NCBI RefSeq assembly: GCF_006345805.1
Contig: NW_021836751.1
Coordinates: 1-22,641, forward strand
Direction: 5' to 3'
DNA from: Octopus sinensis
Lineage: Eukaryota
Length of the DNA stretch: 22,641 bases
Part shown: piece by piece, positions 1 to 10,130 of the stretch
Position numbering within the stretch: the first letter of the stretch is position 1
Layout of the letters: each line of letters opens with the position of its first letter
Position numbers and translations under genes: made by a program
Notes under the pieces: model-generated
What the model was told of the DNA's origin: nothing
The model's input: only the letters and a program-made list of their open reading frames with translations
The model's database searches: none

Positions 1-95
1 CAACGCGAAGCAAACATTTCTGGAACATCGTTAAAAACAATTGCACCGTGCTTGTCTTCCTTGTTCGCTTTTGTTGCTAGTTGTAATTCTACTGT
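1..95 (-). other. Candidate coding exon fragment running off the window start
   Basis: Long polypyrimidine tract on the minus strand (about 100-175) ending in AAG/ or ACAG/, followed by the only open frame, (TV)ELQLATKANKEDKHGAIVFNDVPEMFASR. Product not recognised. Confidence 0.2.
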
Positions 96-349
96 CTTTG
101 GAGGGAAAGAAGGAGAGGGAGAAGGAATGAGAGAGAGTGAGAGGATGAGTGAGGAATAAGGGGTGGGGGTAAGGAGACACAAAAGGTATTAACTGATCTC
201 TATTATGTGGATCGATGTATTTTCAATTTGTACGAAATACTTTCTAGAAAAGTCTGCATGTTCCGTCAAGGCACGAATGAAAAACGACAGCGGAATAAAT
301 ATATAATATTGGTGGTGATAAATTATAGCACCCAAATAGAGAAGTCATA

Positions 350-423
350 TACAAGTATGTGTGTTGTGTATGTGTGTGGTGTTTTGCTGTATGTGTGTGT
401 GAGTATAGTGTATGTTTCTGTTG

Positions 424-464
<41 letters not shown>

Positions 465-496
465 GTATGTATGTATACATACATATATATGTATAC

Positions 497-558
<62 letters not shown>

Positions 559-751
559 CAAAAGCATGTACCCAGACATACGTATTCACATGCGTAAACA
601 CATACATGTACGCACATTTATACAAATATATTTATAGATATACATACAAACATATATATATATGTATTGATTATTATATATATATATATATATATATAGA
701 TAAATATTTACGTACATATGATTTATATTATATACATTTACTATTACATAC

Positions 752-788
<37 letters not shown>

Positions 789-790
789 CT
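350..790. repeat. Compound (GT)/(TA)n/(CA) microsatellite region
   Basis: Runs of (TA)n at about 427-458, 500-553, 673-700 and 755-786, with degenerate GT/CA between them. Confidence 0.9.
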
Positions 791-1194
791 CACAGTTGTA
801 CAGTAAAATACATTTAAATGCACGCATATAGCCACAAAATGAGACGCATGCGCACTAACATTTATATATTCCAGAACTCACAATCTCTAATTCGCTCAAC
901 TAACAGTTAGTCTCATAGAGTGGATTACTTACTGAAATATGGAATATAGATTTAACATTATGCTATAGGAACCATCTCTCTTAATTAAACGACTGTGTCA
1001 AGCTTATTGTTGCTCACGTTTTTGTTTACCTAGGTTTAAATTGTCAAAATTTCCCCCACAATTTGCCTTTCTTTTTATAGGAATGTAGGGTGTCAGTTAA
1101 GGAAATTTGGCTGCTGTCTCTAGAAGAGCGATCTTCCCTGTTGAGGATACCTCGTTTTGTTGCCTCAGTTGGTGGTATGGTGTAGTCAAGTGAA

Positions 1195-1642
1195 GAGAGT
1201 GAGAAAGAACGGTGGTGATGAAGAGGAAGGAGGTGGCAAATGTGTAAGAGGAAAAAGAATGAAAGAAGCAGATGACAAAGTCGGAAAAGACAAAAGTTGT
1301 AGAAAAGGTAGTTTTTGTAGTAGTAGTAGTAGTAGTAGTGATGATGTTGGTGGTAGAAGTAGTAGAGGAGGAATTGGAAGAAAAAGAGGAAAATATACGA
1401 AGAAGAAAAGAAAAATAATAGAAGCAGAAGAGGAGGATGAAGAAGAGTAGAAGCAGCAGAAGCAGAAGCAGCAACAGCAGAAGAATAAAAGACGAAAAGA
1501 AGTGGCAGTAGTAGCAGCAGTAGTAATATTAGTAGTAGTAGTAGTAGTATTAGAAAAAGAAGAAATGAAGAAAAGAAGTGGTAGTAGAATAAAGATGAAG
1601 AAAAAGAAGGAAAATAGAAAAGCAGTAGTAGTAGTAGTAGTA

Positions 1643-1673
<31 letters not shown>

Positions 1674-2030
1674 TAATAGTAGTAGTAGTAGTAGTAGTAT
1701 AGTAATAGTAGAAGAGAAGAAGAAGAAGAAGAAGAAGAAGAATAAGAAGAAAGGAGAAAAGAAGAAGAGAAAGAGAAGAAGAAGAAGAAAATAGAGAAGA
1801 AGAAGAAGAAGAAGAGAAAGGAAGAAAGAAGAGGAAGAAGAAAGAAGAATAGGAAGAAGAAGAAGAATAAGAAGGACAAGAAGAAAGAAGAATAAGAAGA
1901 AGAAGAAGAAGAGAAGAAGAAGAAGAAAACACCGTAAAAATAAAAAAGAAATATATTATTGATGAAAAATATTTGGAAAGAATGATGAAAAGGAGACAAA
2001 AGTAAAATAAAGAAAGAAAAAGGAAGAAAA
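1195..2030. repeat. Purine-rich compound trinucleotide repeats (TAG)n, (AGT)n, (GTC)n, (AAG)n
   Basis: Visible directly; (AAG)n-dominated tract at about 1710-1930. Confidence 0.9.
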
Positions 2031-2815
2031 TGCTTCAATAAGCATAAATCATATGATGTACTCAACCTAGTGACTCTAGTTTCGGGTAAGTTGTAGCCGT
2101 TTATGATAAAAACTGATACTTATCCCTCTTCCCTAAAGACGGAAGCCGGATTTGCCTAATAGCTATATGCTTCCACTAGTGGTTGCTTACCTTTGAGTTT
2201 TTGCTAACTATATCTGCCAACATCATGACCTAATTCGGAGCCTCTAGAAACAGCTGTTGGACTTGTAATACCACACCTTTTCTCCTTACTGTCTTGTGTC
2301 ATTGTATTCTGTGTAAGATTGTTCTGTTAATATACGAATAGCCATATATTTATGCACGAATCGTTATCGTCTGAATATTTTCAGTCTTTGTTTCCTCTCT
2401 ATTTACATATATATCTACATGTATGTATATTATATATTTCTAGATCAAGCGGTTTTATTTGTTTATTTGCATCATTATCTCCATATCTGCTCGTCTGGAT
2501 CCCTCTCATCGCAAGTTTTCGGAGTGTAACTTCGAATAATTTGAGCACTACAAAAGGTTTTCTACACTGAGCATCGCTGGATTGCATCTGCTGAGTCTCT
2601 CTCCTCTCTCTCTCTTATATACATATTAATGAAACAATGTATAAATTAGTTATATGTGCTGAGTTTATATGAAATGAATTAGTGATCCCTTACTGAGTAG
2701 CCGTCTCAATAGAAGTGTAATAGTCTTTGGCATTTATAAGAACGTTATTGACAGCGACTTCGAAGTTTTACGTGTCTATGACTTATTCAAACATCTTAAT
2801 ATACATATTTAAATG

Positions 2816-2816
<1 letters not shown>

Positions 2817-2891
<75 letters not shown>

Positions 2892-2936
2892 CCTACCTAT
2901 ATATCTATATCTATCTACATATCTATCATCTATCTG

Positions 2937-3031
<95 letters not shown>

Positions 3032-3080
3032 GTGTGTGTGCGTCCGTGCGTGTCTGCGCGCGCGCGCGCGTGTGTGTGTG
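2817..3080. repeat. (TATC)n tetranucleotide array followed by an alternating (GT)/(CG)n tract
   Basis: (CTAT)n 2817-3030; gtgtgtgtgcg...gcgcgcgcgcgcgcgtgtgtgtgtg 3031-3080. Confidence 0.95.
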
Positions 3081-3720
3081 ATTACACCGTATTGCTATAT
3101 ATTTATAGATTATCAACTGTTAAAAACGACCTATTTCACATTCCTCCAAAGTTACTAAATTTTTATGACGTTATAATGTATGTTAGCATGCGTGTATGTT
3201 TATAATGTGAGAAATGCCAAGAGAAGAGCAGGGAAAGAGAGAGAGAGAGAGATAGAGAGTGAGAAAGAGAAAGAGAGAAAGAGATGGGGAGGACGTGAAT
3301 TGAGTGTCTTCGAGATGGTTATATTGTAAAGTAATGCCGTTGACATGATAAAAAGCCTGATATAATGATACCATCATAATATCGTTTTGTTTGTCTCTCA
3401 CACACTTCACAAAGATGGCTGCTTCGTTGCTCGGCTCTCAACGGTTCTTTTGAGCTGAGCACAAAAGCGAGTACGATAAATCGTGGCAAGGCAAAACTCG
3501 TTAATGTGAAATGGCAGTTATTAAAATAAATCCAGAAAACTCTAAAACTTTCCATTCAAGATTAACGGTATTTTAAATAGGATAGGCTGCGTTACATACT
3601 CTTTTTATGCAGACGGTGGTGAAGAGGGGAAATAAAAAAAAGGAAAAGGAAATTAATCTCCCGCCCTCTCTATTTCTACGTCGCCATTTTAAAACAACTG
3701 CCTTTGTTTTCTCTCCACAG

Positions 3721-3776
3721 ATATATTCCTTAGCTTTTATCTCATGTCATCAATTCCTAAGGAAGTTTTATTGTCA
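3721..3776 (+). other. Candidate 56-nt internal exon
   Basis: Strong acceptor tttgttttctctccacag (3703-3720) and donor A/gtaagt (3777-3782). Two frames are open (IYSLAFISCHQFLRKFYC or xIFLSFYLMSSIPKEVLLS). No recognised product. Confidence 0.35.
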
Positions 3777-3799
3777 GTAAGTCAGTCCCGAATGTTCGT

Positions 3800-3892
3800 A
3801 CACACACACACACTCACACACACACACACACACATAAAAAAGCAAACACACACTCTCACACACACACGCACAAACACACATATACATATACG

Positions 3893-3925
<33 letters not shown>

Positions 3926-4383
3926 GCACACTCATATATATCCGCACATATACATAAATATATATATTTATATGTGTATACATATGTATGTTTTGTGCAT
4001 CTATGTACGTGTATGCGTACGTTTACGTCTATATACGTGTATGTATACATATATACATATAAGTTAATGCATACAACATATATGAATAAGTAAATATGCA
4101 CGTATATATATATATACACGCATAAATATATATACATATATATATGGATATATGTACATGTCCATAAATGTATATATAATATATATATATATATATAGGT
4201 ATATGAATAACTATGTATATGCATACATACAAACACACACATATACATGTATGTATGTATGCATATATACGGTATATAAACTGTCTAGACTGAATATATT
4301 GAGACATATGTATATATGTATGTATACAGAGGTGCATAATTACATTTAATATATATAAATACATAATGCACGCACACACACAC

Positions 4384-4431
<48 letters not shown>

Positions 4432-4500
4432 GTGTGTGTGAGTGTGTGTGTATTTATATATACTTGCATGCATATATATATATATGTACATATATATAAT
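3800..4500. repeat. Compound (CA)n/(TA)n/(TATG) low-complexity region
   Basis: Visible directly. Confidence 0.9.
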
Positions 4501-4817
4501 GTCGTAAGGTCATAAATATGACTGTAACAGTTCATAAATTTCATTTAGTCACCAGTTTTGAATTCAGTATATTCTGGCTCCCGTGTAGTTCTCTCGGTGA
4601 CTATATTATAGCGCCACAATACATCCTAAGCTTAGCTCAATTCTTCTCATACATATTTTGCTCCCGTTCTTCTCCGTAGGGAGAAAATGCATCGTTAGTT
4701 TTTTTCTTAAGCAAAACGAAAGCAAACATACCACACATGATCAACATACAGTGATGAAAATAATGACAACAACAACAACAGCAACGAAAACAAATAATAA
4801 TAATAATAATAATAATA

Positions 4818-4856
<39 letters not shown>

Positions 4857-4857
<1 letters not shown>

Positions 4858-5191
4858 CCCTGGGAATGATAGCGAAAGGGACTGATTGCTACCTAACTCA
4901 GATACCAGGAAACCCCAAAAGGGCAGAAATTCAAAAGATAGCGCTCGTGGGAACTGCTCATATCCTACGCAAAATACTCTCTATGTAATCCCAAGGTTTA
5001 AAACAAACTTTTTATTTATTTATTTATTAGACACTCACTAGTACAACACAAAAAAAACAAGAAAAAAAACAAACAAATATATGGCAGACTAGGCATAACA
5101 ACAACGTGAACTTCTAATTTGTTGTCTCTTGAGGTCTCTGGGTGAGACTTGGAGCCAACTTGTACAGACATAAAGCAAAAGTCAAACATAG
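4857..5191 (+). mobile_element. 5'-truncated R4/Dong-like non-LTR retrotransposon 3' end (family 1)
   Basis: 4857-4988 encodes ALGMIAKGTDCYLTQIPGNPKRAEIQKIALVGTAHILRKILSM*, matching the (G)ALG...IQK..L.GTAHILR C-terminus of restriction-like-endonuclease LINEs. The 3' UTR has a stem-loop (aggtctc-tgggt-gagactt, 5132-5150) and runs into (AAT)n; (AAT)n also lies at the 5' junction. Confidence 0.8.
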
Positions 5192-5240
5192 AATAATAAT
5201 AATAATACTAATAATACTAATAATACTAATAATAATAATG

Positions 5241-5285
<45 letters not shown>

Positions 5286-5731
5286 TAATAATGATGTATG
5301 CATATATATAAATAAATAACAGACGGCGCTAGATATGTCAGGTTTGAAAGTATTATAACTAAGTAGAATTGTTCCTTTATCGAAAATATCAGTTACAAGA
5401 AAACAGATTTTTATAAAAATGGCAGCAGATCTTTTGGTAATCTAAAGAGAGTGTAATTTGAGACATCATTGGGAAATGTTTGTACTGCGAATTCTTCATT
5501 TGCACATTTTGGCTTCCTTTATATATGTATAATGTATAAACATAAACTTTTTTTTGTGTTTCGATTTTTTTTCACTATAACAGATTGCAGTGTTTCTCTA
5601 GATGGGTCAGCGATAATAATAATAATAATAATAATAATATAATAATAATAATAAATAATAAATAATAATAATAATAATACAATATAATAATATATAATAT
5701 ATAATAATAATACATATATATATTATATATA

Positions 5732-5898
5732 ACGACGGGCTCCTTTCAGTTTCCGTCGACCAAATCCACTTGCAAGGCTTTGGTTGGCCCGAGACTATAG
5801 TAGAAGTCACTTGCCCAGAGATGCCACGCAATGGACTGAACCTGGAAGCATGTGGTTGGTAAGCAAGCTACTTACTGCAAAGCCATTCCTGTGACTTA
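5732..5898 (-). mobile_element. tRNA-derived SINE, family A (CORE-like middle)
   Basis: Reverse complement is colinear with 14851-15015: A/B-box head, ctgggcaagtgactt CORE-like segment, and a tail aaactgaaaggagcccgtcg followed by TA. Confidence 0.8.
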
Positions 5899-5979
5899 TT
5901 TTCTGCATAGTAATAATAATGATAATAATAATGATAAAATAATCATAATAATATAATAATAATAATAATAATATATAAA

Positions 5980-6022
<43 letters not shown>

Positions 6023-6033
6023 TAATATAATAC

Positions 6034-6081
<48 letters not shown>

Positions 6082-6092
6082 TAATAATAATA

Positions 6093-6360
6093 TGTTTTAA
6101 AAAAGGATTGACGTAACTCTTCACAAAGACGAAGAGCGCGATTCAATTGTAAGATAGTTTATTAGTTAAACGATATTTCAACAGTACGTCTGTCTTTGTC
6201 AAGTTCAAAATAAGAAGAGATAAAATTCAAAATTACAGAAATTTAAACGTAAAGTATGAACGAGAGCAACTAGCGTCCACACGTTCATGGAATGACATCA
6301 TCAGTTTTTAAGTTCCAATTTTATAACAGGCGAAAAGAATAAGACAGAAAAAAACCTCAG
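6093..6360 (-). mobile_element. Probable Penelope-like element terminal-repeat relic
   Basis: Minimal hammerhead motif (6166-6208) followed by AATAAA (6163-6158), the usual arrangement in PLE terminal repeats. Flanked by (AAT)n. No ORF is retained. Confidence 0.5.
6166..6208 (-). ncRNA. Minimal type I hammerhead ribozyme motif, U3-A8 core variant
   Basis: Minus strand reads ttgaac-UUGACAA-a-gacag(acgta)ctgtt-GAA-AUAU-C-gtttaa: 6-bp stem I, 5-bp stem II, palindromic stem III, AUC cleavage triplet. Confidence 0.6.
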
Positions 6361-6361
6361 A

Positions 6362-6426
<65 letters not shown>

Positions 6427-6428
<2 letters not shown>

Positions 6429-6638
6429 TTCAGGCAAATACATAACAACAGCACCAGGACTTACAAACACATATAACATACAGAAAATTGCACTACTAGG
6501 CACTGCACAGATCCCACGCAGAACACTTTCAATACAGTAACCATCAGAGCATCACAACAAATCACAGCACATACCCAAGGCACACAGTGCTGCGCTCGGT
6601 AGTGAAGTGAAAGCACGCTATATAAATAAAACTTCTGA
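6427..6638 (+). mobile_element. 5'-truncated R4/Dong-like LINE 3' end (family 2)
   Basis: 6427-6540 encodes YSGKYITTAPGLTNTYNIQKIALLGTAQIPRRTLSIQ* (IQK.ALLGTA motif). The 98-nt 3' UTR is unrelated to that of family 1. (AAT)n lies on both sides. Confidence 0.75.
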
Positions 6639-6670
<32 letters not shown>

Positions 6671-6674
6671 GATG

Positions 6675-6722
<48 letters not shown>

Positions 6723-6747
6723 TAATAATATAATAATAATATATAAT

Positions 6748-7302
6748 GCCCTGATGCAGTACCAGGCAGTGGCTCTCAGGCTTCTGATCTTAACTGATTG
6801 GAAGTGTTATCATGTACATTGTTTTGTCTTGGTATAAAAGATGGGCTACAGCAAATATTCTGCTCAATACCACAGATTTGCTTGTCAGGTGTTTGACCAT
6901 AACCAGTTGAGCATGTCTCTTAGTGGCTGACGATATGTGCATCTCTGATCACGAGCAGAAGTAGTGGGGAGCATCATAGCCATGTGTTGAGAGGGATTCT
7001 TTGGGTTTGAATAGTTCACCCTCTGGAAACATGTGGTTCTTTCAACATCCTTAAACAACCCTTATTCAGGGACCGTTTGATCGGGATGGGCTACTCAACC
7101 TGAAGAAAATTCTAACTGGGCCCCACCTGCAAGGTCATGTGCTGTTTTTCTTTGATATGAGATCACCATGTTCGCGCACATATGGTTGTGATGCATGTGC
7201 CTGGTGTACCTTTTATCAGACGGTAGTCATGATGGGTATATTGGGCTTCGTATATTTTAACCCCAGTGTCACTTTGATGGCATGAATTGCTCTCTCACTC
7301 TC
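6748..7302. mobile_element. Non-coding interspersed element inserted in (AAT)n, class unassigned
   Basis: 555-bp complex, GC-richer block with sharp (AAT)n junctions at both ends and no ORF. I recall it as a common octopus repeat, probably a retroposon 3' part on the minus strand, but cannot verify this here. Confidence 0.5.
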
Positions 7303-7383
7303 AATAATATAATAATATAATATAATAATAATAATGATAATAATATAATAATAATAATAATGATGATGATGATAATAATAATA

Positions 7384-7435
<52 letters not shown>

Positions 7436-7483
7436 TATGATAATAATAATAATAATAATATGATGATGATGATGATGATGATA

Positions 7484-7527
<44 letters not shown>

Positions 7528-7531
7528 AATG

Positions 7532-7569
<38 letters not shown>

Positions 7570-7583
7570 TTCACTATTGGCAC

Positions 7584-7627
7584 AAAGGATGAAAGGCAAA
7601 GTTAACCTCGGCACAGTTTCAAATCTG
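7584..7627 (-). mobile_element. Short fragment of SINE family C
   Basis: aaaggatgaaaggcaaagttaacctcggc is the reverse complement of the gccgaggtcgactttgcctttcatccttt segment at about 12434-12463. Confidence 0.6.
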
Positions 7628-7930
7628 AAAGAAATGCTGGTCAAAATGTTATGGCGTACAGCCTTCAAGGAAGATCCGAATCAATTGAACATCACCTGGA
7701 AAGATGAAGGCGGCTATGCTCAAAACTGGTATTGCTTTAGGCGCCTTGCTACCTAATCTAAAGGCTAACTGTACAGTAGTTGGAAGTAAAAAGGAAGACT
7801 ATATGTATAGACGAAAAGAAAATACTTTATCTGCATACAGGGCATCTTTGGATTGGAATTGCTTTCGGACGGTTCCGAGGATGCTGTACACAGTTCCGGG
7901 TGCACGTTGTTACGTACTGCAGAAACAGAT

Positions 7931-7937
7931 CTACTAT

Positions 7938-8023
<86 letters not shown>
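7931..8023. repeat. (CTA)n microsatellite
   Basis: About 31 near-perfect units. Confidence 0.95.
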
Positions 8024-8557
8024 GAGAGATTACTTATATATATATATATCTATATATGTATATATACTGTATACTGTACTATATTCATATAAAAATACTC
8101 TCCATTTATTTTCCTCCTTTAACTTTCTCTTACTCTCACAATAAATTGCTCTCTTTTACAACTTCCATTTCCTATTTCAAATAGAATATTCTTCTTATTT
8201 CCTTTTCTGTTTCACTTTGAATCTGATTACCATTGTCATTATAGGTTCACCATCTTTGTCTTCTATTTTTACCGTAGCCACATTTACACAAAAAGTCACT
8301 TTGTCACTTTTACAGAAAAAGAATGTCTTTTCTCTCAAGAATGAACGATTTAAAAGAAATTTTTCGACACTTGCATTTTTCAGCGTGTACCTTTCCGTCT
8401 CGATTCTAATAAACAACGTACAAAATTCAGTTTCAGGGATGTTATTGATCCAGCAGTCATCACTTTGATGACTGCTTCAATAAATATGTTCTCTATGAAA
8501 AAGTATTCTGCGATTAGTTTAATGCTAACCTCTGTGTGTGTATGTATGTATATATAG

Positions 8558-8582
<25 letters not shown>

Positions 8583-8588
<6 letters not shown>

Positions 8589-8780
8589 GAATGAGGTAAC
8601 CAGAAGATCGGCTGGTTCATATTTACAGATATTTATTTATATATTACATTTTTTACATATATATCATATCATTCAGATCATTAGCGCTTTCTCTTCTCCC
8701 ATTCTAGTGGGGTTTTCAAATCCAAATAATTCCTTTGTGGGGAATTTTAATCATTTTATAGAGTTTCGTAGTGGTGGGGA
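8583..8780 (-). mobile_element. Probable Penelope-like terminal-repeat relic next to (TA)n
   Basis: Begins at a (TA)n junction and carries a degenerate hammerhead-like motif (UUGAAAA ... GAA-AGCGCU-A) at 8682-8719. Confidence 0.35.
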
Positions 8781-9443
8781 GGAACAAGACAGCACAAGAG
8801 GGTGAAGTGGATGAGGAGGAAGTGAGAGAGAGAACATGTGTGTATGTGTATGTGTGTGTGTGTATGTGTGTGTGTGTGTGTGTGGTGTGCGTGCGCGCGC
8901 GTTTGTATCTGAGGCTAAAGAGAAAGAGGGAAGGGAGAGGGTAGAAGAAGGATTTCCAAGTGTGTGAGTTCAAAAATTATACAGAAGCATAACAAACGAA
9001 AAATACACACATAAAATGTCGCTAAATCCTCGTTAGTTATCGACCGTGAAATTATTATGATCTTTTGGACGATAGATGTTGAGGATCAAGCGACATTCTT
9101 TAAGTATATTTTCCATTTGTTCCAGTTGTACTTCTATGTTACTTTTTAACATATTATTTAATATAATGCTGCTCACATACCTATTTTATAGCCAATATAT
9201 ATGTCAATATATATAATTTTTTTTTTTAACTTATATTTTTAAATTAATTTTTAAATTAATTTTATGTATTGGCTTATGTTTTTCACTGTTTGATTTGCCT
9301 AATAGTGGTTTTATCTCTAATTTAATATAATATAATATAATATATTTATACTATAAAATTGGATTTAATCCTAAATCTAATTTTTCCCTGTAAGTTTGGA
9401 TTTATTCCCTAATATTATTATTATCATATATATATATATATAT

Positions 9444-9722
9444 CAATAATAATATTGGGTAAAATTCATTAATCAATTAATAATTAATAATTTAGTACTT
9501 CGGTATGTTACACAAAAATTCTATAGTTATGAGCATAATTATAATTAGGGTTCAGCAAAACTTGCATCACCACATACCGAAATTTAGAAATAGCAGTTAA
9601 AATACTATTCCACTACCATAAGATAACTCCCAGACAGCAATACTCAACAACTCACGCAGGTAAGAGAATAAAAAAAACGAATCCATCCGGCTTTGATTAA
9701 ATTATGCTCATAATTATAGAAT

Positions 9723-9727
<5 letters not shown>
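9444..9727. mobile_element. (TA)n-flanked element with an inverted duplication at its right end
   Basis: (TA)n on both sides; 9517-9540 and 9700-9723 form a 23/24 inverted repeat. Confidence 0.4.
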
Positions 9728-9779
<52 letters not shown>

Positions 9780-9780
9780 C

Positions 9781-9878
9781 GTAGAAAACACTTGCTAAAG
9801 TTGCTACGGAGTGGGACTGAACCCGAACCATGTGGTTGGAAACCAAGCTTCTTGCAACACTGTTAGGCCTGCACCCAT
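9781..9878 (-). mobile_element. SINE family A, 5' part
   Basis: gggactgaacccgaaccatgtggttggaaaccaagcttctt matches the head of the other family A copies. Confidence 0.7.
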
Positions 9879-9969
9879 ACATGGATATTGCAAATCCAAT
9901 GACGTATGGGCTCATCATAGCTCTATATTTCGGCAGAAGCATCGGCAGGATTTTCATATCAGTTTCATA

Positions 9970-10027
9970 TAAAAACGTGCGTACGTATATATATGTATGA
10001 ATGCATGTATGTACATGCATATATATA

Positions 10028-10082
<55 letters not shown>

Positions 10083-10091
10083 GTGTGTGGT

Positions 10092-10130
<39 letters not shown>

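Larger units (their letters stand above)
4765..7570 (+). repeat. Cluster of co-oriented (AAT)n arrays interrupted by retroelement fragments
   Basis: (AAC/AAT)n 4765-4856, (AAT)n 5192-5294, 5612-5730, 5908-6092, 6362-6426, 6639-6747 and 7303-7570. All read AAT on the + strand. Confidence 0.95.

Noticed and set aside
2086-2091. Consensus donor cgg/gtaagt
   Set aside because: No credible upstream acceptor; the preceding sequence is a purine-rich repeat.
2066-2112. Possible hammerhead remnant on the minus strand (atcataa-a-cgg...ccc-GAA-actag)
   Set aside because: Two core mismatches, a broken stem II and no stem I; indistinguishable from chance.
3412-3453. aagATGGCTGCT start-like context (MAASLLGSQRFF)
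   Set aside because: Stop after 12 codons and no donor site.
4660-4755. Acceptor-like ttcttctccgtag at 4679
   Set aside because: No downstream donor before the repeats, and the peptide is uninformative.
4851-6753. Identical junction taatgccctg at the starts of the inserts at 4857 and 6748
   Set aside because: Only 6 non-repeat bases match and the elements diverge immediately; probably coincidence.
4765-7570. CRISPR-like repeat/spacer appearance of the arrays separated by unique blocks
   Set aside because: The repeats are variable-length trinucleotide microsatellites and the spacers are retroelement fragments of 200-550 bp; there are no cas genes and the context is eukaryotic.
7830-7930. 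Minus-strand peptide ending CPVCR* (RING-like terminus) after a ttctgcag acceptor
   Set aside because: The upstream cysteines do not fit RING spacing and no other support exists.
9407-9459. Inverted match ccctaatattattatt / aataataatattggg across a (TA)n tract
   Set aside because: Mostly low-complexity AAT; too short to call a TIR pair.
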